64,000 nt of DNA from Bythopirellula sp. (GTDB lineage: Bacteria > Planctomycetota > Planctomycetia > Pirellulales > Lacipirellulaceae): positions 960,001-1,024,000 of the forward strand of contig OZ244170.1 of the NCBI GenBank assembly GCA_965216565.1, in the 5' to 3' direction. A program made the position numbers and the translations under genes. Below, one piece after another: positions 61,890-64,000 of the stretch. Below the pieces are notes generated by a model. It was given only the letters and a program-made list of their open reading frames with translations, ran no database searches and was not told where the DNA came from. Within the stretch, counting starts at the first letter, position 1. Each line of letters begins with the position of its first letter.

Positions 61890-63113
61890 ATGGAAAACGA
61901 CAAACAGGAATCTCTCTGGGACAGTTTGGCCGATGAGTTGGGTGTCGACGCTGACCCCGATGCCAACGAGCGCAAACAGCCCGAGTCCACCGAATTGCCC
62001 TCGGCCTCTAAGCCAGACCGCTCCCCCGAGCCGCCCAAGGCCAAGCAGGGAGACTGGAATTCTCTGGCCGACGTCCTCGGTCTTGAGATTCCCGCCGACG
62101 AAGAGCCGACTGCGCAGAAGTCGGAACCCGAGAAATCTGAAGAAGAAGTGATCGGGAAATCGACCGACTCCTTCGGACAATCGCCAGAAGAGATCACGTT
62201 CGACGAACTGCCGGAGCTTTCGAGCAGTGCAGATCAGGAGATCGAAGACTTTTCGTTCGACGAAAGCGGTCTGGACGATCTGACGGCAGCAACCTCGGCC
62301 CAGACAGAGATTGATTCAGATTTGGAAGAGGCAAACTCGGGAACAGACTCCGAGGTCGAGGAAGATGAATTGGAGTCGAGCGGTATCTCTGGCGAAGCGG
62401 CCCGCGACGCCTTCGATGCCTTGTTCGCCGAAGCCACGACCGATTGGGAATTGCCTGCGAACAACGAAAGCATGTTCGATACGCCTCTGGAATTCAGTCG
62501 GCTCGCTGACGAGGAAGACTCTGAAACCGATTCTTCAGACATTGAATCAGAAGTCGAGGAAGCAAAAGAGGAATCTGCCGAAGAAGAGCCCTCCGAAAAG
62601 CCGAAACGTCGCCGCCGTCGCCGTCGGCGTGGTCGCCGCGGACGCGGGGACAAAGCCGAGCAAGAGGACAAATCCGGGCAATCCGAATCGGAAGGCTTGG
62701 AGGACGCCGTTGAGGGAGACGCCGGCGAAGGCAAGGACGGCGAAGAAGCGGATTCCGAAGATGGCGAGAAGCAGCAGCGCCCAAAACGACGCCGCCGACG
62801 TCGAGGACGACGAGGCGGAGGCGAAGGCCGCAAACCGCGTGAGTCGGCTGAAGGTGATGATGATGCTCTTGAGAATGACGACGACGAGTTTGGCGCACTT
62901 GGCGACGATGGCGACTCAGAAGACGCAGAGGGTAACGGTTCGGCATCTCCGCGGCAGCGGGCCAGCCATCGCAATTTGCCCACCTGGTCGGAAGCAATCG
63001 GCTGCATCGTCGACTCGAACCTCGAACAGCGCAGCAAAGCTCCCGCCAAGCAGTCTTCCTCCCGCGGCCGGGGACGTGGTCGTGGACGCCGGAAGAACTC
63101 GAACCGCGACTAA
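61890..63113 (+). CDS. Intrinsically disordered acidic protein with poly-Arg blocks
   Basis: 407 aa, D/E/S-rich, with KPKRRRRRRRRGRRGR, RPKRRRRRRGRRG and RGRGRGRGRRK blocks. Confidence 0.8.
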   Translation: MENDKQESLWDSLADELGVDADPDANERKQPESTELPSASKPDRSPEPPKAKQGDWNSLADVLGLEIPADEEPTAQKSEPEKSEEEVIGKSTDSFGQSPEEITFDELPELSSSADQEIEDFSFDESGLDDLTAATSAQTEIDSDLEEANSGTDSEVEEDELESSGISGEAARDAFDALFAEATTDWELPANNESMFDTPLEFSRLADEEDSETDSSDIESEVEEAKEESAEEEPSEKPKRRRRRRRRGRRGRGDKAEQEDKSGQSESEGLEDAVEGDAGEGKDGEEADSEDGEKQQRPKRRRRRRGRRGGGEGRKPRESAEGDDDALENDDDEFGALGDDGDSEDAEGNGSASPRQRASHRNLPTWSEAIGCIVDSNLEQRSKAPAKQSSSRGRGRGRGRRKNSNRD

Positions 63114-63255
63114 TGCTGGTCGGGGTTCGCAACGTACTTCAAGCCGCTCAAGGTTGCAGTAGGGAATGCCACTGGCTGTGCCAGTGCACACGCATCTACG
63201 GTAGGCGCTTCGATTTTCACATTGGTGGCCACCGCACTCCGATTAAGGGAATGTC

Positions 63256-64000
63256 ATGTCTTCAGCTAGTTTCAGCATTCGAGGAAATGTGGTCGACATC
63301 GTCGGCAAACAAACGTACGCCGCGGAAGTGCAAGTTGCTGAGGGGCGGATTTCCTCGATCGAGCCGATAGACGAGTCGCCTTCGAATTTTCTCTTACCCG
63401 GCTTTATCGATTCTCATGTGCATGTGGAAAGTTCGATGCTAGTTCCCAGTGAATTTGCTCGAGCCGCAGTGCTGCACGGGACGGTGGCCACGGTGAGCGA
63501 TCCTCACGAAATCGGAAACGTGCTGGGCGTCGCCGGCGTTCACTACATGCTGGAAAACGGAGCGCAGACTCCTTTTAAGTTTTACTTCGGGGCTCCTTCG
63601 TGTGTGCCGGCCACTACATTCGAGACGGCCGGCGCGACCATCACCGTCGACGAAGTCCGCGAATTGCTCGACGACGACCGAATCGTTTACTTAAGCGAGA
63701 TGATGAACTTTCCAGGCGTGTTGGGTGGAGACCCCGAGTGCCTGGCAAAGATTGCCGCCGCCCAAGAGCGCGGCAAGCCGGTTGACGGGCATGCCCCTGG
63801 ATTGCGGGGAGAACAGGCGGCTGCCTATGTGGCCGCGGGGATGTCGACCGACCATGAGTGCTTCACCAAGGAGGAGGCACTCGATAAGCTCGCGGCCGGG
63901 TGCAAGATTTCGATTCGCGAAGGCTCCGCCGCGCGTAATTTCGATGCCTTGTACACACTCATCGGCGAATACCCCCAACAAACTATGCTCTGCAGCGACG
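63256..64000 (+). CDS. ade: Adenine deaminase (amidohydrolase), 3' end outside the window
   Basis: Manual translation gives [47 protein letters not shown] and REGSAARN. Confidence 0.94.
   Translation, partial: MSSASFSIRGNVVDIVGKQTYAAEVQVAEGRISSIEPIDESPSNFLLPGFIDSHVHVESSMLVPSEFARAAVLHGTVATVSDPHEIGNVLGVAGVHYMLENGAQTPFKFYFGAPSCVPATTFETAGATITVDEVRELLDDDRIVYLSEMMNFPGVLGGDPECLAKIAAAQERGKPVDGHAPGLRGEQAAAYVAAGMSTDHECFTKEEALDKLAAGCKISIREGSAARNFDALYTLIGEYPQQTMLCSD

Noticed and set aside
62234..63162. Long alternative ORFs (271, 283 and 212 aa) over the acidic protein
   Set aside because: Shadow frames of low-complexity, GC-rich coding DNA.

Overview
Gene-dense chromosomal segment, very probably from a planctomycete (DUF1559-type prepilin, PEP-CTERM proteins, giant secretin, murB-ftsQ without ftsA/ftsZ; the taxon is an inference). 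In order: the start of a type I secretion-like operon (partial HlyD-family adaptor and an ABC protein with a degenerate ATPase domain); a type II secretion-like cluster (gspE-F-G-H-I-J-K-L, an M/C-like fusion, secretin D and a lipoprotein); a nucleoside catabolism cluster (deaminase, AMP nucleosidase, deoC, two PNPs, pyrimidine nucleoside phosphorylase, with cdd 5 kb further on); chdC; an orphan nucleotidyltransferase; an extended prkA-DUF444-spoVR operon; envelope and protease genes; ALDH, GNAT, an LpxL-type acyltransferase, trmL, murB, ftsQ-like, csrA, thiL-tsaE, hslVU; a split arginine dihydrolase / ornithine cyclodeaminase (ArgZ/AgrE-like) pair; a charge-blocky disordered protein; and a partial adenine deaminase. 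No tRNA, rRNA, CRISPR array, transposase or integrase was seen. The most striking unexplained structure is a set of about ten miniature two-armed palindromic elements from several sequence families. Most lie at gene ends, two lie in frame inside the gspI leader, and one pair of arms encloses a whole AT-richer cargo gene and contains the stop codons of both flanking genes. All product calls come from motifs read by eye, not from database searches.
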